From contig JBCBIY010000005.1 in assembly GCA_038523925.1 (NCBI GenBank), forward strand, positions 27,716 through 91,715: a DNA stretch of 64,000 nt, read 5' to 3'. Positions within the stretch are counted from its first letter, which is position 1. Every line of letters starts with the position of its first letter. Of this stretch, positions 29,099 to 37,018 are shown piece after piece. A model generated the notes under the pieces. The model ran no database searches. It saw only the letters and a program-made list of their open reading frames with translations, and had not been told where the DNA came from. The position numbers and the translations under genes were made by a program. Source of the stretch: Pseudomonadota bacterium (lineage in GTDB: Bacteria; Pseudomonadota; Alphaproteobacteria; Rhizobiales; Hyphomicrobiaceae).

Positions 29099-29806
29099 AT
29101 GCAAGACATCTCTTCGGCCTTTGAGCTGGCGCTCTCGATGGTGCTGGGTGGCGATGCGGATCTGGTTGAGATCGTCGCGCTGTCGCTGCGCGTCAGCCTC
29201 TCAGCACTGCTCATCGCGGTCGTCATCGGACTCGCCGTTAGCGCGACGCTGGCCGTAACGCGGTTTCCCGGCCGTGGCGCGATCCTCGTGCTTTTAAATG
29301 CGCTCATGGGGCTGCCGCCGGTTGTCGTCGGCCTGATCGTCTACCTGCATTTGTCGCGCGCGGGCCCGCTCGGGTTCCTCGGCCTGCTCTACACGCCGAC
29401 CGCGATGATTATCGCGCAGGCGATCCTGATCACGCCGATCATTGCTGCACTGTCGCGTCAGATCCTTGAGGACCTGCACGATGAGTACGCCGAGCAATTC
29501 CGTTCTTGGTCGCTTTCGTGGCGCGCGAAGGTCGGCGCCCTCCTTTGGGATGGACGGTACGCGCTGATCACCGTCGGGCTCGCGGGCTTCGGGCGCGCGA
29601 TTGCCGAAGTCGGCGCGGTGATGATCGTCGGCGGCAACATTGATCACCTAACGCGCGTCATGACGACCGCGATTGCGCTCGAGACCTCAAAGGGCGATCT
29701 CGCGCTCGCACTCGCACTTGGCATTGTCCTGCTGCTTTTGGCGCTGGTCATCAATGGGCTCGCGATGACTTTGCGCATGACCGCCGGGCGGCTTGCCTAT
29801 GCTTAA
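29099..29806 (+). CDS. tupB: tungstate-type ABC transporter permease (TupB-like)
   Basis: MQDISSAFELALSMVLGGDADLVEIV... N-terminus, a polytopic region, and linkage to TupC- and TupA-like genes. The listed ATG at 29054 lies inside the palindrome and is unlikely to be used. Confidence 0.65.
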   Translation: MQDISSAFELALSMVLGGDADLVEIVALSLRVSLSALLIAVVIGLAVSATLAVTRFPGRGAILVLLNALMGLPPVVVGLIVYLHLSRAGPLGFLGLLYTPTAMIIAQAILITPIIAALSRQILEDLHDEYAEQFRSWSLSWRAKVGALLWDGRYALITVGLAGFGRAIAEVGAVMIVGGNIDHLTRVMTTAIALETSKGDLALALALGIVLLLLALVINGLAMTLRMTAGRLAYA

Positions 29807-30545
29807 GCGCGTGGCAGACCTGGCAACTGACGCCGTCCCTGGCCGTGTTGCGATCACCGCGCGCGCCCTCACGTACCTCCAAGGCGACAGGACCTTGTTG
29901 GGGCCGGTTGATCTTGATCTCCAAGGCGCCGGTCGCGTCTTGATCCTCGGGCCCAACGGCGCCGGCAAAAGCCTGCTGCTCCGGCTGATGCACGGGCTCA
30001 TTGCGCCAACGTCGGGCACAGTTTCGTGCGCCACGCCCTCCGCGAACGGGCCGGGCCGCGCGACGCAAGCCATGGTGTTCCAGAGGCCGGTGCTGCTGCG
30101 CCGATCTGTGGCGGCCAACGTCGACTTTGTCCTGAAGCAAGGAGGCCGTCGCCGTTCTGCGGAGCGAGACGCGCTGCTCGCGCGCGTCGGCCTCGACGGG
30201 TTTCAGCGCCAGCCCGCGCGCAAGCTCTCCGGCGGCGAACAGCAGCGGCTTGCGATTGCCCGCGCGCTCGCCGTCGCACCCGATGTCCTGTTCCTCGACG
30301 AGCCGACGGCGAACCTCGACCCGGCCGCGACCGCGCAGATCGAAACGATCGTCCGCGATGTTTCGGAGGCAGGCACCAAGATCGTGTTTATCACGCACGA
30401 TATCGGCCAGGCCCGCCGGCTCGCTGACGAGGTCCTCATTATGGCCGGCGGACGGATTGCCGAACACGGGCCGGCGTCGCAGGTGCTGGGGGCGCCGCAA
30501 ACCGACGCCGCGCGCGCCTTTCTCGATGGTCGCCTGGTCTTTTGA
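29793..30545 (+). CDS. tupC: ABC transporter ATP-binding protein (TupC-like)
   Basis: Walker A GPNGAGKS, signature LSGGEQQR and Walker [12 protein letters not shown]. It overlaps the end of tupB by 14 nt. The start is not certain. Confidence 0.7.
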   Translation: MPMLKRVADLATDAVPGRVAITARALTYLQGDRTLLGPVDLDLQGAGRVLILGPNGAGKSLLLRLMHGLIAPTSGTVSCATPSANGPGRATQAMVFQRPVLLRRSVAANVDFVLKQGGRRRSAERDALLARVGLDGFQRQPARKLSGGEQQRLAIARALAVAPDVLFLDEPTANLDPAATAQIETIVRDVSEAGTKIVFITHDIGQARRLADEVLIMAGGRIAEHGPASQVLGAPQTDAARAFLDGRLVF

Positions 30546-30584
30546 CGCTTGCCGATTGACCTTCAACCAAGACGGAGACGCCTG

Positions 30585-31421
30585 ATGTCACGCACACTCC
30601 GACTGGCAGCCATGGCACTGATGACTGCGGCAACTGGGATGGCAGCCGCGCCAGCCAGCGCCCAAGACACTGCGATCATTGTGCAGTCCACCACGTCGAC
30701 GAAGAACGCAGGCCTCTACGACCATTTGCTGCCGTTGATCCGGAAGGCGACGGGTGTGCAGGTCAACGTCGTCGCGGTCGGAACAGGCCAGGCGATCCGC
30801 AACGCGCGCAACTGCGACGGCGATGTGCTGCTGGTCCACGCGAAGGCTGCGGAAGAGACGTTCGTCGCCGATGGCTTCGGGGTCCGGCGGAATGACCTGA
30901 TGTACAACGACTTCGTCATCGTCGGGCCGAAGGCCGATCCGGTGGGCATTAGGGCCATGACCGATGCACCGGCGGCGCTTGCGAAGATTTCCGAAGCCAA
31001 AGCGCCGTTCGCATCGCGCGGTGACGACAGCGGCACTCACAAGAAAGAGATGTCGCTTTGGGCGGCCGCAGGTGCGGACCCTTCGGGCGCGTCGGGCACG
31101 TGGTATCGCGAGACCGGCTCCGGTATGGGCGCGACCCTGAACGTCGGCCGCGGCATGGGCGCTTACGTGATGACCGATCGGGCGACGTGGCTTGCGTTCA
31201 AGAACAAGGGCGACTTCGAGATCCTGGTCGAGGGCGACGACGACCTCTTCAATCAGTACGGCGTGATCCGCGTCGCCGAAGACAAGTGTCCGTCAGTCAA
31301 GACCAAGCCGGCGCAGGCCGTTATCGATTGGCTGGTGTCGGAGGCAGGTCAGGCGGCGATCGCTGCTTTCAAGCTGGACGGCAAGCAACTCTTCTTCCCG
31401 AATGCCAAGGCTCAGAGTTGA
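30585..31421 (+). CDS. tupA: tungstate-type substrate-binding protein (TupA-like)
   Basis: Signal peptide MSRTLRLAAMALMTAATGMAAAPASAQD. TupA-like anion-binding motifs STTSTKNAGLYDHLLP, GTGQAI and RGDDSGTHKKE. Confidence 0.75.
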   Translation: MSRTLRLAAMALMTAATGMAAAPASAQDTAIIVQSTTSTKNAGLYDHLLPLIRKATGVQVNVVAVGTGQAIRNARNCDGDVLLVHAKAAEETFVADGFGVRRNDLMYNDFVIVGPKADPVGIRAMTDAPAALAKISEAKAPFASRGDDSGTHKKEMSLWAAAGADPSGASGTWYRETGSGMGATLNVGRGMGAYVMTDRATWLAFKNKGDFEILVEGDDDLFNQYGVIRVAEDKCPSVKTKPAQAVIDWLVSEAGQAAIAAFKLDGKQLFFPNAKAQS

Positions 31422-31424
31422 GGC

Positions 31425-32576
31425 TCATCCGGACGAGGCGTCCCGCGCGTGCCACCGCTCAAGATAGCCCTCGGTCGGCGTCACGCCGTGGCCTGGCGTG
31501 TCCGCGTCAATGCGAATGCAGCCGTCATGGACATGGGTCTCAAGCGGCCAAAGTTCGGACCGGAGCGGGTTGTCGGTGACGTCGACTTCCATGAAGGCTG
31601 CGTCTTCTGCTACCGCCAGCGCGGCCGTCGCAGCTGAGCCGACCGCGCCGCAGAGGCAGTGTGGCGCGAAGTGCGTCCCGGCGGACCGCGCATTTGCGAC
31701 CGACCGCCAGCCGGTGAGCCCGCCCCACTTGATCGGGTCCGGCTGCAGCACGGCTACGCCGGCCGCTTCGGTTGCCTTAAAGGCTGCAGCACCGCGGAGG
31801 TTCTCTCCGGCCGCAATCGGGATCGGTGACGCCGCGCAGACCGCCTTCCAATCATCGCCCGACGCCAGCGCGCTGATCGGTTCTTCCAGCCATGTCAGAT
31901 CGTAGTCCGCGAGCCACGCGAGGTTTGCAATCGCGTCGTCACGCGACCAGGCTTGGTTCGCATCGACCATCACCGCCGCATTCGGTCCGACGTGCCCGCG
32001 CAAACGGTCAAGCGCGCGGCGATCCGCATCGGCACCGAACCCGACCTTCAGCTTGAAGGCCGTCCAGCCGGCATCGCAAAGCGGCGGCACAAGCCGGTCC
32101 AACGTGCCCGCGGTCACGCCGCTCGCGTAGGCCCGCACGCGCGATTGCGAAGCGCCGCCGATGTAACGCCACAGCGGCACGCCGACCCGCCGCGCAAGTG
32201 CGTCCTGCACCGCGATCTCAAGCCCGCCGATTGCCTGCGCAAATGGCCCTGGTTCGGCACACTGGATCGCCAGCACCTCGGTCGCGTCGGTCAACGTCTG
32301 CCAGAACTCGGCGGCGGTCTCGAAACCGCGGGCCGTAGCGTGCGGCGACAGGCAGTCCGTCACAATGCGCGCCCGGTGCGCCGCGCCAAACGCGGGCCAG
32401 TTCGCAAAGATCTCGCCCCAACCCGTCGTGCCGCAATCGAGTGTCGCCGAGACCAGCAAGCCCGGGCGTTCCGTCATCGCCCCAAACGCGTTACGCCGCG
32501 GCGTCGCGAGCGGCGCCGCAAGCCGGTGCACATCAATGCGCACGACCCTGAACGGGCGGTCTGCCTCAACGCTCAT
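31425..32576 (-). CDS. enolase-superfamily enzyme (mandelate racemase/muconate lactonizing family)
   Basis: Starts at MSVEADRPFRVVRIDVHRLAAPL, with a metal-ligand context (VDANQAW, LEEP, AAGE). The ATG overlaps the stop of the Crp-like gene (ATGA). The listed start at 32828 is an extension into the upstream gene. Confidence 0.75.
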   Translation of the reverse strand: MSVEADRPFRVVRIDVHRLAAPLATPRRNAFGAMTERPGLLVSATLDCGTTGWGEIFANWPAFGAAHRARIVTDCLSPHATARGFETAAEFWQTLTDATEVLAIQCAEPGPFAQAIGGLEIAVQDALARRVGVPLWRYIGGASQSRVRAYASGVTAGTLDRLVPPLCDAGWTAFKLKVGFGADADRRALDRLRGHVGPNAAVMVDANQAWSRDDAIANLAWLADYDLTWLEEPISALASGDDWKAVCAASPIPIAAGENLRGAAAFKATEAAGVAVLQPDPIKWGGLTGWRSVANARSAGTHFAPHCLCGAVGSAATAALAVAEDAAFMEVDVTDNPLRSELWPLETHVHDGCIRIDADTPGHGVTPTEGYLERWHARDASSG

Positions 32577-33133
32577 GCCCGGCGCCCCACACCGCGCCGC
32601 GCGAGCTCTCGGTAAAGCGCTTCCGGCGTCACACCCAGTTCCGCGGCGAGGTCGCGCCATCGGCCGCGCTCCGGGAGCGCTGACGGCTGCGACAGCAACA
32701 GCCAAGCGTCGAGCCGCGCGCGTACGGTTTTGAGCGTCATCAGCTCCGCGCGCGTGCGCGCCGCCTGCACCTGTGACGCCAGAAAGGCAGCCCAGCGCGC
32801 GGCGAGCGCGGCATCGCCCTCGAGCCACCGGCGCACCGATCTTCGCGGCACGGCATGAACGGCGCAGTCGGTCAGCGCAACGCCGTCACAGTGGTATGCG
32901 GCCGCGTAGAGCGAGGCTTCGGCGACCACGGCAGGGCCCGTGTGGCGATGCAGAATGAGCGGTTCGCCACCGGTGCCATCGCGCGAGAGCCCGACATCGC
33001 CCTCGGCGAGAAAAAAGATGCGGCTGACGGACTGGCCCCTCCGGAACAGGCTTGCGCCTGCGCGATAGCGCGCTGGCCGATGGCCGGCTGCGGCCGCGCG
33101 CTGCATAAAGTGATCGAACATGATCGCGATCAT
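32573..33133 (-). CDS. Crp/Fnr-family transcriptional regulator
   Basis: cNMP-binding-like barrel (LFRRGQSVSRIFFLAEGDV) and a C-terminal HTH (WRDLAAELGVTPEALYRELARR). The start is at 33133 or 33121. Confidence 0.7.
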   Translation of the reverse strand: MIAIMFDHFMQRAAAAGHRPARYRAGASLFRRGQSVSRIFFLAEGDVGLSRDGTGGEPLILHRHTGPAVVAEASLYAAAYHCDGVALTDCAVHAVPRRSVRRWLEGDAALAARWAAFLASQVQAARTRAELMTLKTVRARLDAWLLLSQPSALPERGRWRDLAAELGVTPEALYRELARRGVGRRA

Positions 33134-33189
33134 GTCCGCTACACCGCCAATCTGACAAGCCTCCCCCACACCTTTTGCCGGAGCCCAGA

Positions 33190-33810
33190 ATGCCGTCACG
33201 TCCAATCCAAGCCGGAGCCCCGGCGCTGACCCTTGCCGTCGTCGCAATCGCAATCGTCGCTGCCGCGCCCTCTAAAGCGCAGCATAAGGGCCACGCTCAG
33301 CCTTACGCCGGCCAGCAGACGCGCGCGATCAAAAGCCTCTCCGCGGGCGACGTCAAAGCGTTGCAGCGCGGCGCCGGATGGGGCTTTGCAAAAGCCGCGG
33401 AGCTAAACGGTGTCCCAGGTCCGCTGCACGTCCTTGAGCTCGCTGACAAACTCTCGCTGACGCCCGGCCAGCGCGACCGCGTTCAAGCGGTGTTCCAGAA
33501 AGTGAACGCAGCGGCCAAAAAACTGGGCACGGCGTTCATAGCCGCGGAGCGTGCGCTCGATCGCTTCTTTCAAGAGCAGCGGACTGCGGCAGCGGAGTTG
33601 GAGCGGCTGGTTGCGACGTCGGCGCGGTTGCGTGGTGAACTGCGCGGGGTGCATCTGGCAGCGCATCTCGAGACGCTGCCGATTCTGACGGGCGATCAAC
33701 GCGCCCGCTACAGTTCGCTGCGCGGTTACGGATCCGATCCCTGCGCGGCCGTCCCTGACGGCCACGACGCGGCGATGTGGCGAAAGCACAATGGCTGCAA
33801 CGACGGCTGA
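33190..33810 (+). CDS. periplasmic LTXXQ-motif protein (Spy/CpxP/ZraP-like)
   Basis: Signal peptide ending AAPSKAQ, an LTXXQ motif (LSLTPGQRDRV) and helical repeats. The C-terminal tail DPCAAVPDGHDAAMWRKHNGCNDG contains Cys, His and Met. Confidence 0.6.
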   Translation: MPSRPIQAGAPALTLAVVAIAIVAAAPSKAQHKGHAQPYAGQQTRAIKSLSAGDVKALQRGAGWGFAKAAELNGVPGPLHVLELADKLSLTPGQRDRVQAVFQKVNAAAKKLGTAFIAAERALDRFFQEQRTAAAELERLVATSARLRGELRGVHLAAHLETLPILTGDQRARYSSLRGYGSDPCAAVPDGHDAAMWRKHNGCNDG

Positions 33811-35232
33811 TCAGCTCGTCACTTCAAACCACGTCCCCATACCGCCCTCGTGATGCTCCAGCATATGACAATGCAGCATCCACTTCCCCGGATTGTCGGC
33901 AACAAACGCAACCGTCTTCTTCTGCTGCCGGAACAGCATGATCGTGTCGCGCCACCAGGGTTCTGAGGCCGCGTCACCCACTTCTTTGAAGTGGTGTCCG
34001 TGGACGTGCATGGCGTGCGGCCACATCGAGTTGTTCTGGAACGTCAGCCTCACCGTTTGCCCGCGCTTCACGGCGAACAGCGGCGTCTTTGGCATCCCTG
34101 CTTGGCCTGCAAGCGCCCAGACATACCCCATCTCGCGGACCAGCTCGCGCATGCTCATGTAGTCGCCATTGATGCTGGCGCCGCGCATCCGGCCCATTGC
34201 GCCACCGTCCATGGGGATCGCGACGTCAACCGCGTTTGCGAGATCGAGCCGCTCGTCAATCGGATTGGCCTTGAGCGCGATCGGCGCGTCGGACGGCGCC
34301 TCCCGCAGCGGCGCGTCTTTGCTGTAGGCGAGGCTGCCAACGGTGACGACGTCGCGCGCGAGCACCATTTGGATGTCAGCGCGCGTGCCGGGTGCGGACA
34401 TGGCATCGACAATGACGTCTGCGCGTTGGCCGGGTCCAAGCAGCACGAGCCCGTCCGTCGCCGGACGCGGCGTCACGGGCTGTCCATCGACCGCGATGAT
34501 TGTCGGCTTATGGTCTGCGATGCGAACGGCAAAGACGTTTGCGTTTGCGACATTTATGAGTCGCAGGCGGAGGCGCGCGCCTGACCGGGTCGGGATCGCG
34601 TGCGCTGTCGTGCCGTTCAGTGTGAAAGTATTGCCAAGCCGGCCGCCATGGGCGCGATCGTGGATCGCGCCGAAGCTCGCGCCATGGACCTGGCCATCGG
34701 CATCCAGGCGCCAGTCGTCGAACATCAGCACATGATCGGCATCGACCGCGATCGGCTCGCGCTCTTCGATCACCAATGCACCGTAGAGCCCGCGCGCGAC
34801 CTGCTCTGACGACATTTTGTGCGGGTGAAACCAGAACGTGCCGGCGTCAGGGCAGCGGAAGCGATAGTCGAACGTCTCGCCCGTCGCGACCGGCTTTTGC
34901 GTCAGGCCGGGCACACCGTCCATCGCGTTGGCAATTCGGATCCCGTGCCAGTGCACCGTCGACGCGTGGGGAATGTCGTTGCGAAATCGGACGCGGAGGT
35001 CGTCGCCCTGGCGCACGCGCAGGACCGGTCCCGGCACGATGCCGCCGTAGCCCCAGACGGCTGTTTTCTGTCCGGCGATCAGCTCGGCTTCGCCCGCTTT
35101 CGCTGCGAGGTCGGCCGGCGCGCCGGCCCATAATTCACGCGGGAGTGCGAGGCTGCCGGTTAGCGCCGCTGCGCCGCCAACGACGGTTCGCCGGCTCATC
35201 ATGATCGTGGAGGCTGTGTGTGCGTCTGTCAT
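33811..35232 (-). CDS. multicopper oxidase (Tat-exported, CopA/CueO-like)
   Basis: Twin-arginine leader (MSRRTVVGGAAALTG). Copper-site motifs HWHG, HPH, HVHGHHF and HCHMLEHHEGGM. The ATG overlaps the cueR stop (ATGA). Confidence 0.85.
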   Translation of the reverse strand: MTDAHTASTIMMSRRTVVGGAAALTGSLALPRELWAGAPADLAAKAGEAELIAGQKTAVWGYGGIVPGPVLRVRQGDDLRVRFRNDIPHASTVHWHGIRIANAMDGVPGLTQKPVATGETFDYRFRCPDAGTFWFHPHKMSSEQVARGLYGALVIEEREPIAVDADHVLMFDDWRLDADGQVHGASFGAIHDRAHGGRLGNTFTLNGTTAHAIPTRSGARLRLRLINVANANVFAVRIADHKPTIIAVDGQPVTPRPATDGLVLLGPGQRADVIVDAMSAPGTRADIQMVLARDVVTVGSLAYSKDAPLREAPSDAPIALKANPIDERLDLANAVDVAIPMDGGAMGRMRGASINGDYMSMRELVREMGYVWALAGQAGMPKTPLFAVKRGQTVRLTFQNNSMWPHAMHVHGHHFKEVGDAASEPWWRDTIMLFRQQKKTVAFVADNPGKWMLHCHMLEHHEGGMGTWFEVTS

Positions 35233-35648
35233 GGTCGTTTCGTCGTCCTGTCGTCGCCTGCTGCGGCGTTGGCGAGATCGTCGATGATCGGGCAGTCCGG
35301 ACGGTTGTCGCCGCGGCAGTTATCGACGAGGTGGCGCAGTGTGGTTGCCATACCCTCAAGCGTGCGCATCTTGAGCTCGATGTCTTCGAGATGTTGACGG
35401 GCGACGCGCTTGACGTCGGCGCTTGCCCGCGCCCGGTCGGTGTAAAGGTCAAGCAGCTTTCGGCAGCTTTCGATGCCGAAGCCAAGATCGCGGGCGCGGT
35501 GAATGAAGGCCAGCCGGTGGACATCCGCATCCGAATAATCGCGATAGCCGTTCATGCGCCGCGCCGGCACAACCAGCGCGATGTCTTCGTAATAACGGAT
35601 TGTCTTGGCCGGCAGACCTGACCGTTCTGCCGCTTCGCCGATGTTCAT
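35229..35648 (-). CDS. cueR: Cu(I)-responsive MerR-family regulator
   Basis: MNIGEAAERSGLPAKTIRYYEDIALV HTH and a C-terminal metal loop CRGDNRPDC (C-x7-C), as in CueR/HmrR. An alternative start is at 35654. Confidence 0.85.
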   Translation of the reverse strand: MNIGEAAERSGLPAKTIRYYEDIALVVPARRMNGYRDYSDADVHRLAFIHRARDLGFGIESCRKLLDLYTDRARASADVKRVARQHLEDIELKMRTLEGMATTLRHLVDNCRGDNRPDCPIIDDLANAAAGDDRTTKRP

Positions 35649-35680
35649 CAGCACGCTCTCTCACTCGCAACGGGCACAGG

Positions 35681-36421
35681 CTAGACGATTAGGCCCGTCA
35701 GCATCCAGAGCCCCATACCGGCCATCATAACGTTCTCGGCCAGCGACACCGGACCAAGCGGCACATTGCTGTCGCCACCAACGCACGCGCATTTGAGTTC
35801 GCGCTTTTCGATATAGACGGCTTTGAAGACCGAGACCGCGCCGATTGTCCCGATGAACAACGCGACGGGCGCGGCGAGCCAGATGAGCGCGCCGGCGAGC
35901 ATCAGGACACCCGCGAGACCCTCCGCGTAGGGGTAGACGTAGCTGTAAGGCACCCACCGCTGCGCGAGCAGGTCGTAGTTTAGAAACATCGTCGAGAAGC
36001 TTTCGACATCCTTCAACTTCTGCAGCGCAAGAAGGCACATCGCGATTGCGATGAACCACTGGAAGGTTTGGCCCGCGAACAGCGTGCCCAGCGAAAGCCA
36101 CGTGACGGCGAGCGCCATCAGCGCGGCCATAGCAAACAGCATGAGGACCGGTTGATAGCTGGTCTCGCCCTTTGCGCGGACATGCCCGCCGAAGTGTTCG
36201 ACCAGGGCGTCATAGCCGCCGATGCGTTTGCCATTGATCCAGACCTGCGGCGTGGTCTTGACGTCGTGCGCGTCCTTGAACGCGTCGGTTTCAGCGCGCG
36301 TCGTCAGGTGCTGGTCGTCCACCTCAAAACCTTTGGTCTCGAGAAGGTGCTTCGCCTTCAATCCGTACGGGCAGGTGTGCTGATCCATCACCATACGGTG
36401 CAGCGTTGCGGCGTTCGACAT
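35681..36421 (-). CDS. glutaredoxin-domain / MauE-DoxX-type membrane protein fusion
   Basis: N-terminal Grx-like region (CPYGLKAKHLL...TTPQVWINGKRIGGYDAL) followed by four or more TM helices. A MauE-like CACVGG motif lies near the C-terminus. AGGAG lies 10 nt before the ATG. Confidence 0.7.
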   Translation of the reverse strand: MSNAATLHRMVMDQHTCPYGLKAKHLLETKGFEVDDQHLTTRAETDAFKDAHDVKTTPQVWINGKRIGGYDALVEHFGGHVRAKGETSYQPVLMLFAMAALMALAVTWLSLGTLFAGQTFQWFIAIAMCLLALQKLKDVESFSTMFLNYDLLAQRWVPYSYVYPYAEGLAGVLMLAGALIWLAAPVALFIGTIGAVSVFKAVYIEKRELKCACVGGDSNVPLGPVSLAENVMMAGMGLWMLTGLIV

Positions 36422-36471
36422 CGCAAGCGTGCTCCTATTGCGTCTTGTTCGTCGTTAAACGCACAAATCGC

Positions 36472-36494
36472 TCTTCCAGTTGCTGGAAGGTCAA
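36472..36494 (-). promoter_or_regulatory. CueR-type operator overlapping a -35 element
   Basis: The minus strand reads CTTGACCTTCCAGCAACTGGAAGAG. This contains TTGACC followed by a CCTTCC-N7-GGAAGA dyad with a perfect 7-bp core (CTTCCAG/CTGGAAG). It lies about 50-70 nt upstream of the grx-mauE ATG. No convincing -10 element was seen. Confidence 0.6.
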
Positions 36495-36542
36495 GGGGAC
36501 GGAGAAGCGCAGTGGTGCGCGCCGTGAGCACAGGAGGTCAAA

Positions 36543-36661
36543 CCGCCAGATGGGGTGGGATTCGAACCACCGCAGATCGCGTGTTCGCGATCTGCGCAAC
36601 AAAGAATCGTGGGTTCGGGCGCTACCGGCTGTGAGGCGCGAGGACGAAACCACCAACGAAA
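36543..36661 (-). repeat. tRNA-Ser 3'-end-derived tandem unit U1 (tail subtype A, degenerate core)
   Basis: 119 bp. The core is CGCCAGATGGGGTGGGATTCGAACC, 22/25 identical to the tRNA 3' end. The hairpin GCAGATCGCG-TGTT-CGCGATCTGC is intact. Confidence 0.85.
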
Positions 36662-36780
36662 CTGGCAGAGGGGGTGGGATTCGAACCACCGCAGATTGCG
36701 TGTTCGCGATCTGCGCAGCGAAGAATCGTGGGTTCGTGCGATACCGTCAGTGTTGGGCGAAGCAAGAACCACAAACGGAA
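36662..36780 (-). repeat. tandem unit U2 (tail subtype B)
   Basis: 119 bp with a 25/25 core including the CCA. The hairpin has one C-to-T change (GCAGATTGCG). Confidence 0.9.
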
Positions 36781-36899
36781 CTGGCAGAGGGGGTGGGATT
36801 CGAACCACCGCAGATCGCGTGTTCGCGATCTGCGCAACAAAGAATCGTGGGTTCGTGCGCTGCCGGCTGTGAGGCGCCAGGCAAAAACCACAAACGAAA
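36781..36899 (-). repeat. tandem unit U3 (tail subtype A)
   Basis: 119 bp, a 25/25 core and a perfect hairpin. Confidence 0.9.
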
Positions 36900-37018
36900 C
36901 TCGCAGAGGGGGTGGGATTCGAACCACCGCAGATCGCGTGTTCGCGATCTGCGCAACAAAGAATCGTGGGTTCGTGCGCTGCCGGCTGTGAGGCGCGAGG
37001 ACGAAACCACAAATGAAA
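36900..37018 (-). repeat. tandem unit U4 (tail subtype A)
   Basis: 119 bp, a 24/25 core (CCA becomes CGA) and a perfect hairpin. Confidence 0.9.

Noticed and set aside
33118-33133. A 16-bp perfect palindrome CATGATCGCGATCATG at the 5' end of the Crp-like gene.
   Set aside because: It coincides with the two candidate start codons (the minus strand encodes M-I-A-I-M). It is most simply a coding coincidence, with no flanking promoter context to support an operator.
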